Assembly (NCBI GenBank): GCA_051294375.1 | Contig: CM119269.1 | Coordinates: 15,776,617 to 15,840,616, forward strand | Reading direction: 5' to 3' | DNA: 64,000 bases | Source: Paraspadella gotoi | Lineage: Eukaryota; Animalia; Chaetognatha | Shown: positions 24,481 through 38,851 of the stretch, in pieces | How positions within the stretch are numbered: position 1 is the stretch's first letter | Layout: the number at the start of each line of letters is the position of its first letter | Position numbers and translations under genes: made by a program | The notes under the pieces: model-generated | What the model saw: the letters and a program-made list of their open reading frames with translations, nothing else | What the model was told of the DNA's origin: nothing | Database searches by the model: none

Positions 24481-25393
24481 AAAAAATACTGGTCTGGAAG
24501 AAGAAGAGAAGAAGAAGAAGAGAAGACAGAAAAGATATGGTGTCAGGTTTTAAAAGGGGGGGCTTTTTTGGGGGAGGAAGGTCACCGCAACTGCGCGTGA
24601 AGAGAAGGAGGAAGAGGAAGGAGTGAAGGAGAATCGCGAAAGGTAGAGCATTGAGGAATTGAAGGAAAGGGAAGGGAAGTGGGGGAGGAGAAGAATGGGG
24701 AGGAAGGGGAGGAGGAGAAGAAGGGAGAGAATGGGGGAGGAGACGGTTGAGAAGTGTTTGGGAGAATTGAAGGAAAGGGGAAGGGAAAGGGGGAGGAGAA
24801 GAAGGAGGAGGGGGAGGAGATGAAGGGGAGAGAATGGGGGAGGAGACAGTTGAGAAGTGTTTGGGAGACGTGGCTAAGAAGCTTTAGAATTAAAGCGATG
24901 TGGTTTAGAGTCGGGACGAGCTAATTAGTTTGACATAAGGGAATGAATCTTGGCTGTAATAGTCTTTAGTATATATGTATGATGAAAGAATTAACGAAAG
25001 CAAGCTTGTCTTTTAATTAAGAATTTATTAATTAGAATGATTATTAGGATAAAAAGCTATGAGTCTATAGTTTAAACAGTAGTCTCGCAAATGTACCCGA
25101 TTGTCACGTGAAATAAAATAAGTTAAGTTGACATTAGACATCTGATGAGATTAAATCATGTGAAGTTAGAAGCAGTGTTGGAGGACTCGAGAGTCTGCTA
25201 AGCAAACGGAAACGCCGGTCGCTTAAGGCGCTCCACGGTCGCCCCCGTCCAACTGCATGAAAGGATCGACTACAAAAGACCCCATTTTAGAAATATAAAA
25301 GGGAAAAAGAAAAGGACAAAAAGAAATTTCTTTTCCCCTTTCTCTCCTATTCTCTCCTCTCTCTCTCTCTCTTCTGCTCTCCTCTTCTCTCTC

Positions 25394-25427
<34 letters not shown>

Positions 25428-27565
25428 GGGCTGTTTTATTCGCGCGTGAGTTTGTTTAAACTCATTTCTTTCTTTTCTTTTCGCCCCTCTGGCGACCGAA
25501 GGGCGAATTCAAATAAAGTTTGTTCGAATATATAAGTTAATTTGAACAAACGCCTTCTTTCCGGTTTATGCTTCCTCTCAAATAAACTAAAAATATAATT
25601 ATTGTTATTCTAATTATTAATATAATATGTTTGATATGGGAATAAAAAAATAATAATTAATTCAATACGTTTTCGAAAATACATATTTTCCTCCGGTGAA
25701 AGTAATTTTAATTATATAAACGTGGAGTTAATTTGGTTATGAAAAGCTCCGAAGAGAATTTTCAATAACTTTTTTTTTACTCCGCTAAAACAAAAGAGCC
25801 AGAATTGTATTTAAAAAATTCAATTATTTCTAGAATGTAAACAAATGTATGAATCAATTCATTTACGAACGCTCAGCTCTCAGCGATGCAAGCGTCAAGC
25901 CTCAGGCGGCGGATTGTCAGAGTTACTAGAATAACGAAATCGAATTTGGTAACTGTCTTTTTTTTTTAAGTATCGCCGTTTATGGAGAGTTATTTCTCTG
26001 CAGGAAAGATCAACAGATTCGACTGATCCGACAAACGTACTAGCAGACGTAATCAGTGAAAGGACCAGCGGCAAACGGCCGAAAATCGTTGGCCTCTGTC
26101 CCGAAGTGCGAGAGACAAAGCGGCGAATCGAAACGAGGGTCTGACGTTGGCTTGAGTCACTCGCGAATATTTGAGGCGAAAACCGGCCAGGGCTAGGGTT
26201 GGTCCTTACGCACGAAGAACACGCCCGACGCGACGAGGCCGGACGCACGAACACGCCGACGAGGTGGGAGCCAAGAACCAATGATCAAAGTGAACCCATG
26301 AGGGATGATAACTGCAATACTGACTCTCACGATGCTAACACGATGCTCAAGCTACACAACAATGCATGAATTCCACGCCGACGTGTGAGGGTCGACAAAG
26401 AGGCCGGACGCACGACGCCACGCACGACACCGACGCCGTGGAACGCGAAGGCGAAAACCAGCAAGGACCGCGAGGAAATGCGCGGGGTCGCGGAAGATTG
26501 TTCGCGGCCTGGAGAGAAATGGAGGGAGAAGGAAATGAAAAGAGAAAACGAAAGGAAGAAAGAAAGAAAGAAAAGAAAAGAAAGAAAGAAAAGAAAAGAA
26601 AAGAAAGAAAAGAAAAGAAAGAAAAGAAAGAAAAGAAAAGAAAAGAAAAAGAAAGCAAAGAAAGAAAAGAAAAGAAAAGAGAAAAGAAAAGAAAAGAAAA
26701 AGACAAGAAAAAGAAAAGAAAAGAAAAGAAAAGAAAAGAAAAGAAATCTCCCACTCCTCGAAAAGGTTTTTGGGCGAAAAAAAATAAAGGGAAAAAAAAA
26801 GATTAAGGAAAAAGAACATTTTCTGAAAAAAAAAGCGGCTATAAAACAAAATGCGGAAAAGGATAACAATTTCGAGCCGGAGAAGAAACCAACGTTTGAC
26901 ATTTTGCAATAAAAAAAAAAAGAAGAAAAAGAGAGAAGAGTCGCTCAGAAAAAAAAAAAGCTTTTCTTTTTTTTTTATTTTACGTCGAGAAGATTGCGGA
27001 TGTTGTCGGCTGTGGTCGGCATTGATGTCGTCATAAACGTCGGTGCTGTTGTCGTTGAAGGAACGCCGCTCGCAAAATATCGGCAAGAAGATTCGATCGA
27101 AAGAAGGAAAAGAAAAAACTGGCGCGCCGGGGCGTTGGGCGGAGAGGGGGAGAGGGGGCGAAGGGGGGGGGGTGAGCTCTAGATCCGCCAACGCGGGGGT
27201 TTGATGTCGTTGTTTATTGTTTGTTGTTTGTTGTTTGTTGTTTTAACCAACTGGGAATCAAAGGTACCTTGGGCAACTTATCTTCCGACTCCCGACGCCG
27301 CCGCTCGAGGGCGCGCATGAAGCAATCGACGGCTGATGATGACGGGGATGAAATTAACCGGAAATCGGGAAACAAAAAAAACAAAAAAAAAAAACCAAAA
27401 AAAAATATAGGGGGAGACGCAAAATGGTTGGGATTGTTTTAAATGTCGCCGAACATAGCGCTTTTTTTTTTCTTATTTAAATCGCGAGTGTTTGCTTAGT
27501 CTGGATATTTATAAATTTTGGACTTTTTCCTACCGATTGTTGTAATTGTTGTAAAAAAAATTGAC

Positions 27566-27757
27566 AAGTTTGTGTCTATGACTTAAAAAAAAAAAAGGCA
27601 ATGGCCTAGTATAAATGTTAGGTACCATAATGATAGTATTTACTCGTGTTTTTCATTTGCCAAGTTTCTGTCTATGACTAAAAAAAAAAAAAATGGCAAA
27701 TGGCCTAGTGTAAAGGTTAGGAACCATAATGATAATATTCACTCATGATTTTCATTG
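27566..27757. repeat. Two diverged ~95-bp tandem copies
   Basis: CAAGTTT.TGTCTATGACT(A)nGGCAA(A)TGGCCTAGT.TAAA.GTTAGG.ACCATAATGATA occurs twice. Confidence 0.85.
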
Positions 27758-28692
27758 ATATACTTAATACTTTTCCAATTTGCAATGTCCGCAATGATCC
27801 TTAATTGTTTGAATTTTATTTTTAGTGCCATTAGTGCAATTAGTCTTGCTCAATACTCATTTATTGTTTAAATGTCATATTGTTTCAAATCGTTTAATCT
27901 TCTTATTGTCTTAATTGTCAAATTGTCTCTTTTATTTCAGAAAAAAAAAAATTGTTGTAAATGTATGTATACTTAATTTAAAAAAAATATGCCCTTGAGT
28001 TTTATTCAAAGAATTTCAATGTGAATTGTAATACGCTTATTTATCCTTTGACTGACCCATGGACCCAGGCAATCCAATCTGATGTGACACCATAATAAAA
28101 ATGCATTCTCGTTTGATCAAATCAATTGACCGTTTCTACTCAGAAGGTTGATGTCACGTGACCGTCTCAAAATGTTCATTCGGTTTGACTGGTAACCTTG
28201 ACAATCTTGAAAGCCTTTCTTTCAATCCTTCAATTTAAAGTCAAAATAAAAATCTGAACATTTTCATAAATAAAGAATCACAGGGCCTCGAAAAATAATG
28301 GATATGAAAGGGAATCGCGCGAGAAGAAGGAAAAAGAAAATGATCACGAGTCGAAAATAAAAAAAGAAAGAAAAAAAAACCACGAAAGCATAAATAAGAA
28401 TAGAGAGAAGGTAATAAAAATAAAAAAATAAGAAAAAAAAAGGAAAGGAAAAGAAAAAAAAAATACCGCGCGGGGATATATCTGAAAAGGGATGAGAAAT
28501 GTGAAGGAGCAGAATAAATAAAAAAGAAAAAAATATCATAAAATATAAGGCGCAGGAAGAGAGAAAGAAAAAAAAATATGAAAACCGTTGCATAGATCCT
28601 TTCCCCTCCCCTTACCGTGTAGCAACGTCGGCAGGAAATAATAGAGAAAAAGAGGAAGAAGAGAGAGAGAGAAGAGAGAGAGGAGGAGAGAG

Positions 28693-28762
<70 letters not shown>

Positions 28763-28938
28763 GAAAAATATGAAAGAAAGAGAGAGAGTGGCGAGTTCCA
28801 AAAATAAAAGAATGGGGAAACTCAATGTTGTGGAAGGAGAAAGGAAAGAAAGGAGGGGAAGATGAGGAGTTGGAGGAGGAGGAGGAGGAATGAGGATTGA
28901 AGAAGAAACGCATTTTGCGGAAATAAAAAAAGCACGTA

Positions 28939-29032
28939 ATGCGGCATAAAGCAGTTCCGCTTGAAGGTTGGTTCCGCTGCTGAAGATGGCGTTGGAGGGT
29001 GGCGAAGGTTGCGGCGGTGGCGGGGTTGTTTG
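28939..29032 (+). other. Candidate 5' exon of the CUB gene (contains an in-frame TGA)
   Basis: Consensus G|GTAAGT donor in phase 1. From ATG 28939 reads MRHKAVPLEGWFRC*RWRWRVAKVAAVAGLF. No proof of linkage. Confidence 0.2.
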
Positions 29033-29314
29033 GTAAGTTACCATTGGAAACGCTAGAATATGATGATATGGAAAAAAAAACAAAAAAAGAAACAAAAAAA
29101 AAACCAAAAAAAAACCCAGTTTTTCGTCAAAATGTGTTGGTCCATGTTTTACGTTACATGTTACATTTAGCGTTTTCTGTTTTAAATTGTAGAATACCGA
29201 ACTCAGTAACTCAATGATCTATCAATTCTTAAAATTTTCCGAAAAGATAAACATATTGACAAAAAAAGCAACCTCATATGATAAGATTTAAACACAATTC
29301 AAGGGAGGGAGGGA

Positions 29315-29365
<51 letters not shown>

Positions 29366-30572
29366 CCAAATTATCTCTTCTTAGTTTTTACAACTTTCTT
29401 TATCCGACGATTCCATTCCGCCTCCGTTAGCGAGGATGTAGAGTTGTAGACTCGTTCAATTACATACGGAAAGCAAAACGGGATGGAATAAAAATTAATT
29501 ATGGGGACCGTAAGGAAAATCTCAACGGCAGCGGAGAAAAAAAAATGACAGCGGACGTGTGACGTTGTGAGAGGAAAAGATGTCTTGTGAGCGGAATCTT
29601 GGCATGGCCCAGTCGTTGTTGTTGTCATTTGAGCGACTGTCGCATTCGTTGAACAGAGAATCGAACTTTTATCGCTTTACATTTTATTATATTAAATGAA
29701 CTTACAATTGTCACGTTTCGGACTTTTTTTTAGCGACTTGTCAGTTTTAGGTCAGATATTCTTCCGTCGCTTTATCGAATTGGTTTTTTCTTTAGTTTAT
29801 AATTTCATATTTATTTTCGTCAAATGCCGATACTTCTCGTCCGGTCTGCATTCAGTCTGTCTGTCTCACTGTCTTTCCATGTGTCCGCGAGTGCTTTTGT
29901 GTCTATTTTTGACTATTTTATAAATTACTGAGTTTTATTATTGTACTTTGTAAAACAAATCCTAAAACGAAACAAAATAAAAATCATTGGCCAAACCGTT
30001 TTGCATACTAACAAAAACGGGTTTTTCTCGCCACAAAATCGTTTTATTTGCATAAAGTTTTTCGAGTTTAAACAACGATTGATGTTCAATCTGGAAAAAA
30101 GTTTCGTGACGTAAACTCGATCAGATGTATTTATGTCTTTTTGCGACTCTAACCTTTCCGGTTTGGGATTGGGGCCAGCCTTCTCCAATCTCCAGGCCTT
30201 GCTCCTCTTGACCGGAAACTTCGAGGTCCTGCTACTTATGTTCATGTTTGTCAATATTTACTATTTTTTTACGATGAATCACGTGTTATGTGCGTAGTGT
30301 TATGTTAACACAAGAGCCTAAAATTAAAAAGTTTAAATTTTTACAAAAATAAATAATAAATTTATTAAATTTATAAATTTAATTTAATAATAAATTAAAT
30401 GTTCGCCCTTTTTCTTCCTTACCTTTTTTTTCCTTTTTATCTTTCCTCCTTTCTTTTTCTCTTTCTTTTCATTATAGTTCATTATAATTTATACGTACGT
30501 GGTAGTTCCTTTTTTCTTTCTTTAATTATTCCGGTTTCTTCGCGGACATAAAGGGAGGCAATTGTACTTACT

Positions 30573-30612
30573 TCCTTTCTTTCTTTCTTTCTTTCTTTCT
30601 TTTTTCTTTCAT

Positions 30613-30680
<68 letters not shown>

Positions 30681-30720
30681 TCATTCTTTTTTTCTTTCAT
30701 TCTTTTTTTCTTTCATTCGT

Positions 30721-30752
<32 letters not shown>

Positions 30753-30795
30753 TTCTTTCTTTCTTTCTTTCTTTTCTTTCTTCTCTTTTTTTTCA
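30573..30795. repeat. (CTTT)n microsatellite; representative of many SSRs in the window
   Basis: Others include (CTTT/ATTT)n 572-725, (AG)n 12080-12165, 12475-12548, 38735-38847, 40228-40410, (GTC)n 42709-42770, (CT)n 45065-45660, 49330-49670, 56630-56783, (AAAG)n 51130-51260, 55775-55872, (AAAT)n 63085-63198. Confidence 0.95.
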
Positions 30796-30975
30796 TTCTT
30801 TTTTCTTTTTTTTCCCATTCCATTTTCTTCAATTGTCTTTCTCTTTTTTTCTTTCTCCTTTTTTTCTCCTTTCTTCTTCACATCGATTCCTCGTCTTTTT
30901 CTACAGCCAATTTCTTTTCATTCTTCTTTCTTCGGTTTCTTTCGCGGATATAAAGGGAGCCCTTGTACTTTTTTT

Positions 30976-31059
<84 letters not shown>

Positions 31060-31149
31060 TCTCTGTCTCTTTCTTTTTCTCATCGGTTCTATTTTAGATT
31101 GAAAAAAAAGCTTTTTGCTTCCTAATTTATTTTCACTTTTTTCGCGCGC

Positions 31150-31182
<33 letters not shown>

Positions 31183-33114
31183 TCTCTACTTCTCCCCTCT
31201 CTCTCTCTCTCTCTCTTTCTCTCGGCGTACGTTGGCACGAGAGGACCCGCGCATAAAATTATTATTTCTGCGTGTTGAAGTGAAAAACGAAGTCGGAAGA
31301 AATCATACATAAAACGCAATGAGGTATTAAATGTAGTATTTATATATTAGTATATTATATTTAATAAATTATTATTTAAATGTAGTATTATACTCTGTTA
31401 ATTGATTTTGAAACTAAGCGAAATGAAGATGAACGATTTAAATGAGCGGTATTTAAATGTAGTATTATACTCTGTTAATGAAACTAGAGGCGAAAATTTA
31501 TTGGTTTTTTTTTTTTAAACTGAAGACTAAGTGGGTTATATTTCTAATTGAGTTTCGTGACATTATTTTTTTTTTCTTCCTTGTGTAACTTTTTAAATCC
31601 ACTCGGAATGCATTTGAAATATTTATAATCTTTATATTCGACTCAAGACTCTACAGTCAAATAAGGATGCGTGGACTGTTTTATGCGAACTGGGATTTTC
31701 CCGCCACGAATTTCCGCCCGCGCAAATTCAAATCCGGAGAATCGAGTCGAAAAATTGCAGTCGGCAATGGAAGGTCTTTGCACTCGATGCAACGCAATGC
31801 AATGAAAGGAAGAGGCGTGGAGAAAAAGGGAAATTTAAAAGAATGTGATCTATTGATAAATTGAAAGCAAGACGAAATGCTTTCGTCGACAACTTTAAGA
31901 TGATTTATACTATTATATTTATAATTTTAATGTACAAATGTTAGACAAATAATTCGAAAAAAAATATTAATGATTTTCCAACAGAAATGATGTATGATAT
32001 CTATGTATGAAAACTAGAGCAGAAAGTAATTTAACTTTGTGTTGTGTAGATGCACCCTCTATTTCCAGAAGATAACACTTACGTCACCATCCCAAATATA
32101 GATAAATAATATAAAAAAATATCATAACAAATAAATACAACTATAAATATTATTATTAAAATTATTTTGAAATCTAAAAAAAAAAAAGATTGTGAAACAA
32201 GTAATTTTGTCATTTTCATATATGGATTACAATATTACAATATTACAATATTACTACAATTTCTATATCCAGTCGCTCATCTATTCAAACCCAACTCTCT
32301 ATCATCAATGAACTTCGTTTACCGATGCCATCTTCTTGTTGTGATAAAAGAAAAAGTCATCTCTTCGTCGACGGGCGATAAAATACGCCACGAGGGGGGC
32401 GTAAGGGGGGGAGAGAGAGAATCACGTAATCTCCTCACACGTTTCATTTCATCTTCGCTTTCACGTCGTCGTTTCTCACATTTTTTTATTTCTCACTCTT
32501 CACGTCTTCGCCTTTTTTTCTTTCATAACTCTTCGTCTTCTAACGATCACCTCATAACAATCGCTTCTTGAATATTTTTTTTTTAAATTATCTTATTTCG
32601 CTTTCAAACGTTGAAGAATGATTGAAGTTTAATCTTATTGATTTTTATTACAATCTAGAAAATAAGATAGAAAATTTAAAAAAAAAGAGACACATTTTCC
32701 AACTGCAGACTCAATCAAGAGCCTCGGAGTTAGTGACGCGTACGAAATCCTACGTCTGCCGAATCACATCTGATTTCTACTGCAGTTAATCTCTTTCGCC
32801 CGATTAACCAAGTCATTCCTAATTCAGTTTCTTGGCCTCCGCTTCGTTGCATTCCTTGGCTTCTTCTTCATTTCAACTTCTTTTCGTTCTAAACTTTCGT
32901 ATATTAATATTCAATTCATCGTCCAATAAATATCGTTGAGTCGAGATATTCCTTTTCTGTTATTTCCTTTCCTCCCTGACCTCTCGACTCTTCCATTCAG
33001 TCCATTCTCCTCCAATGCATCTCTCTTCCTCGATGCCAAGCTCTTCGTCTCCTCTCCTCCTTTTTCCTCTCTTATCTCTTTCCTTTCTTATCTCGGTCTT
33101 CTCTCCAATTCGCC

Positions 33115-33145
<31 letters not shown>

Positions 33146-36100
33146 TCCTACCTCAGCCCCCATTTCGCATTTGTTTCAATTTCAAAACCTTTTTCATTTC
33201 CCTTCCATTGTTGTCGTCTTGTCTTTTCATTTACTCTCGTCTCTTTTTCCATTATTTCATTTTTCGTGACTTCAAATTTTCCCGCTTGATCATCATCAAA
33301 AGCAGACGCTTTGGGTTTTCCCCGCGATTTTGTCTCGCGTTCATTTTCCTTCGATGTTTCTCTTCACGTTTCCCCAGCGATCGATTTTTCACTTTTCTTT
33401 CGATTCACTTTCCTCATTTTTTTTCACCCTAAATTCTCTAATGCCTCGTCTGGTTTCTTCAGCTTACGCTGTTCTCGCAATAAGTTGCCATTTGCCGTTA
33501 TCCTTTTGGCCCATTGCCCTTTGTCAATAGTCCTAAGCAAGAAACCGAGAAACTAACAATAATCTTAAATCCTTACTGTCCAATGCCAATAAAAAGTTTT
33601 AAAAACTTTACATGGCTATCACTATCACTATCAATATCACTATCACTATCACTACTCCATCTTCGCTATGGCCTTTCGCCATTTAACGTACAACAATAAA
33701 CTGCAGATGGCCATCGCTGGCCATCACTCCGCTTCACTTGCTTTCATCAACGTATTTTTCATCTGCTTCCTGGCACTTTGCCACTTCACTCTCCGCCATC
33801 TATTTTCATCTGAGACCTAGCATCTTACAGTTTTACTTTCTATTTTCTCTCATCTGCGACCAGGCATCTTGCCGAGTCACTTGTAACAATCTTTTCCCAT
33901 TGGCAGCCTGGAATCTCACAGTTCTAATTGAAGAAATTTTCTCTCATCCGCGACCAGCCATCTTGCCCTTTCATTTGCTGCCATCTGCTCTCAGCGGTGA
34001 CCTGGCATCTTGCCGTTTTACTCGCAGCCATCTAATTCCATCTGCAACCTGGCGTTTTGCCATTTTGTTGATTTCTTATGTTAATAGTCGATGAATTTCT
34101 CCACAAACGACGCATCTTCTGGAAAGACGCTTCTGGAAATGTTGTTGTTGTTGTTGTGTTTGTTGTTGCTGTTGTTGTTATTGTGGTTGTTTTTGTTGTT
34201 GTAATTGTTGTTATTGTTATAAATAAGTTGACTAAGTATACATAATTGGAATTTTGGCACAAGGATTCTTGCAGTTTCCTACTTTCGTTCGGTTAAAGAG
34301 CAGAAAGAACGAAAAAAATATTGGCGAGGATCAGATGCGGGGAAAAAAGCAGGTGCAGACGTTGGTGAGGAGATGTGAGAAAGGAATAGAAGATGCAGAC
34401 GACGCGGAGGGGAATAGAGACAGAGTGGAAGAAATTCAGACGGCGAGTTGAAACGCAAAGCGAACAACATAAATGGAAGAGAATAAAGTCGAGGTTCGAA
34501 CCCAAGTCGATGAAAAGGAAAAAAAGTCAAGAGGCGAATCGAATGATATAATAAAAGTCAGTCAAGGAAAAAAAGCAAAAAACCGGGAATGAAAAAAAGC
34601 GTAACAGAGGGTAAACGCATTTAGAGAGACGACGATAAAAGAGGACTCGTATTTCAAACTTGAATTTTACGTGAGGTTTTTTTTTTTCTAGGATTATGCG
34701 CGACGTGGAAAATGGAGTTTGATTTTAAATTTTCTACTCGAATGCGTGATGAAGTTCCACCCGAAGTTAGATTTTGAATGCAGTAGCTTTTTCGGTTTGT
34801 GGAAGTTAATTTTGCTTGCATTGCAAGCATTGATTTCTTTTTTTCTTCTCGTATTTGCGACGCAGAGAATCCCAATAGTCGGGCACCGGGGAAAGTTCTC
34901 TTTTGGAAATCCTTGACAGCTTCGGCCTCATTAGATATTGATTTTTTTTTCACCGAGATATCAAGTTCTTTTTTATCAGATTTTTTTTTTCATTGGAATT
35001 TCTAACTTATTATATTTTGAATCGAGAAAGTAGAGTTGAAATATTTTCCGATTTTTTTTTTAAATAAATTTTGTTCCGACTTATTAATTTTTTTTAAAAT
35101 TAACTTATCGGTTTCAGTTTAGGAATCAGAATCATCGAAATTAAAAAAAGAGCCTTTTTTTCAAAGCGTTCTGGTCGAAAACATTAGTGAAGGAAAAAAA
35201 AGAAGGATTGCTGGAGGCCGAACCATAACAATATAAAAGTAAAGTATTGAAATACAGGAGTATTGTATAATGCAGGAAATACGTCCAAACTTATTATTGG
35301 AACCTGTCTATTGATGCATGAAGAGGGATGTCGATCTATGTGACAGGCTGTGAGAATCTAAAACTTAGATCGATCACGGATCACCATTTGCTATTCACCA
35401 GTAACCAGTCTTCAGTCACCAGCTCAATAGATTCGACCACGACGGCCACCGCGACGACGACGACGACGACGAACAAAAGACTTCCGTTGGCAAGAGTGCT
35501 GAGGGGGCAAGGGGAGGGGAGGGGAAGGGGGCGTGTCAGATTTCGTTTGACCGCGAGGACAATGGGCGAACGAAATGATTAGTTTTCGATAAAGTGTAAG
35601 AGACTAACCGCGTTTGAAAGAGAATTATATCACAAATTTTTGTGACAAATTGAGAATAGACAAGCAAATAAATAAACTAATCACTTGTTTGGTTCAGCAT
35701 AAAATACAGCGACGCCTCATATTTGGTTGGGTATTAGCGTCCGTGTGAAGAAAGGCGGAAGGAGGGGAAGAAAAGGTCAAAGAATCGATGGTCGAACGAC
35801 GACGACGACGACGACAACTACGACGACGACGACGACGACGACGCTCGTGACTGGAAAGGGTGAACGCGAATCGATTCTGTTAAGTTTCATGGCGCTCTGG
35901 AGAATGGCCCTTGACGATTCGTGGAGAGAAAGGAAAAACGTCGCTCCTTGCTCGGTCATCCGTAAAAATGCCAGTTTTTCGCGCGGGCACAAAACTGGCA
36001 TAAGAAAACTGATTTCAGAATCGCCGGTGTACTGTTGCAAGTGCTGTTGCTGCAGTAGCGAGAGCAAATCGTTCAGAAGAAATGGGAATGAGTCGGTGAG

Positions 36101-37293
36101 TGCTTGATTGAAAATAATAAAATGTCGCAAGCGAATTTAAATTAATTTCACTAATGCTTGATTCTATTCACCAATCAAAAAAACGTTATTAAATGATAGC
36201 AAAACTTTTTTTTTTCGGATCGGAAAATGTTACGACGGCGGCGAATGGCAAATGGCAATCGAGGATTGACGATGCCAGTCGACCTTTTCTCGCTTCCGAA
36301 GGAAAAACTGAGTCGTTCGGCCGTGAAAATGTGACTCGAGTTCTCTGGTCAGAGACGGGAAAGCCTTTGGGTTCTGGGAGGAGGGCTTTGGTTATGCAAA
36401 GAAGGTCCATGCTGATGAAGGAAAGGTCTTTCGTGATCAGGGAAAGGCTCTGGTGATCTGTAAGAGGGTACTGGTGATAGATGAAAAGCTCTAGTGATTA
36501 TTAAGAGGCAATTGAGACCTCTGGTGGTCAATGGAATGTCAGTTAAGTATAAAGGAAAGATTATTGATTATCTGGAAATACAACAAAGAAAATGGATGAC
36601 TACCATTCACTGTAAAGTTGTAAACGATTATGACCTTTCGACTAAAGTGACTTCACAAGTTAATTCACAAGATCTATCGGTCAATTTTATACGAAAATTC
36701 ACTTTCTCATGAAAGTACAACCATGATCTCGGTAAATAGCCTCATCTCGGTGACGAGAGATGGCGCTACGAACCGCGTCGATCGGCGAAATCGTCTCCAC
36801 GCCCACCGGGTTATTCGATTACGGGTTCCATCCTCGCGCGAGACTTCGACTTTGAGGCGAAAAAGAAAATCGCTGAGAAATTCCGCCAGAAATGAAGACA
36901 AATCGAGGAAAACCGGGAAACGTGTGGCAGCGGTTGCGGCGGCGTCGTTGCGGCGGCTGTCGGTGGCGGCGCGGCGGCGGCGGCCAAAGGAGCGGAAAAG
37001 GTAAAAGAAGGGGAAAGAGTTTATGATTCCGCGTTATGACGCAGCGAAAAGACAAATTGGAACCGGAGAGAAAGTAATGAAGGTTGATAAATGGAAGGGA
37101 CTATTTATACCATTAATGGTCTCCTGCATGTAGAATCGGCAGGGGAGGAAACCTTCCTCTTTTTTTTTCTCTCTTTGTCTTTCTCTATTTCTCTTTCTTT
37201 TTTTTTCGCTTTTACTTGTTTCTTTCTTCCCCTCTCTTTTTTAAAATTAACCACTTGCTTTTGATTTTCTTTATTTCATTTAGCCTTTCTTCT

Positions 37294-37329
<36 letters not shown>

Positions 37330-37332
37330 TCT

Positions 37333-37372
<40 letters not shown>

Positions 37373-37521
37373 TTTCTCTCTTTCTAACTCTGTTTTCTTC
37401 ATCGTTAGCCTATTTCTTCCCCTCTTCTCCTCTCTCCTCTTCTCTCCCTCTCTCTCTCTCTCCTCTCTTCTCTCTCTCTCTTCTCTCTTCCCTCTCTCTC
37501 TCTCTCCCTCTCTCTCTTCTC

Positions 37522-37577
<56 letters not shown>

Positions 37578-38733
37578 GTTTTCCTATTTTCCTTTCTCTT
37601 TCCTCCATTTTTAAAAATTTTTCCCTAAATTACATACTTTCACATTGTTCCGCATGTCATTTTCCATTCTCCTTGAAAGATTTCCCACCTCATTGAATAT
37701 GGAAATTCTCATAATAATCGATGTAGAAAGTGAAAAACTGACAACTTTTTGTTTTAAAGAATTTTCATCTTCGTTTTATTAGAGATTCCTTTCATTTTTT
37801 TGGTAATTTCCTTTCTCCTCTTCTTCGGATCTTCCGCTTTCGTACATCCGATTATATATATGCGATTTTATTCGAATACAACGAGGTTGATTCAGTACAA
37901 TCATCATCAACAAACAAACAAACAAAGACAGACTAAGTCTAAGCAAAAAACATAAAATAGAGAGAAAAAAAAACAGTTAATTAAATAAAATTAATTAATT
38001 AAAATTTAAACAATTAAAAATTGTTCTTATGTTGTAAAAAATTAAAAGAGTGGAAAATGATTTAAAAATTTTAAGTAGTAAAATCAAACTAAATGAAAAA
38101 ATGCTTAATAAATTTTTATTTTCGAGGATATTTCTTTCTGACAATCTGATTACATTTTCAACTTTTTCCGTCTTATTTCGTCTTATTAAGAACACACGCT
38201 CTTTCAGTCTCTGCCTTTACATTTATGGTCGACCAAAAGAGCGACGAAATTGCTTCGCCAATTCTCGACCAGAATAAATTTACACTGGCTCTCTTATTGT
38301 CCTGCCCTCTCCACTCTCCACCACCCAAATTTTCCACCTCCCCCCACCCCCCTTTCTCTCCCAGCAACGATACTTTTTTTCTTTTCCTACATTTTTTTCT
38401 TTTGTTGCTTTTTATTGGTTTTTATTGAAACTCTCCATGTTCAAGACGTCAAAAGAAACTGGGGCTCCTAAAGCTGTTGCTTTCCTCTTTCTTTTTTCGA
38501 CTCGCCCCGCCGCCGCCCGCCGATCGCGGTCCGCCGCCCGCCGCCCGCCCCGTTCTTTGTGTTCGCCCGAGATTTTTCTACTCCCTCTTCGGCTCCTGTA
38601 ATTTGGGGTAATTCAATTTTTCCACTTCTTTTCTTCCTCCATTCTCCTTTCGCTCCATCGCGGCGCAAATTTGATTTGGGTCGAGCATGAGTAGTAGTAC
38701 TTCCTGGAGAGGGGGAAGGTGGTGAGGCGAAGT

Positions 38734-38851
<118 letters not shown>

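Noticed and set aside
15535-26560. LTR retrotransposon (2.1-kb direct repeats flanking ~6.9 kb)
   Set aside because: No TG..CA ends, PBS/PPT, TSD or gag/pol; repeats end in SSRs and a 25-N gap, and the second copy has read-error-type indels.
26327-27191. Long K/R/E-rich or F/S/L-rich ORFs (also 28241-29107, 30562-31125, 49142-49720 and others)
   Set aside because: Translations of (GAAAA)n, (CT)n and (CTTT)n microsatellites.
36330-36530. ~21-bp degenerate repeat (AAGGCTCTGGTGAT-like) as a coding repeat
   Set aside because: Stops interrupt the frames and no splice sites are evident; treated as a decayed minisatellite.
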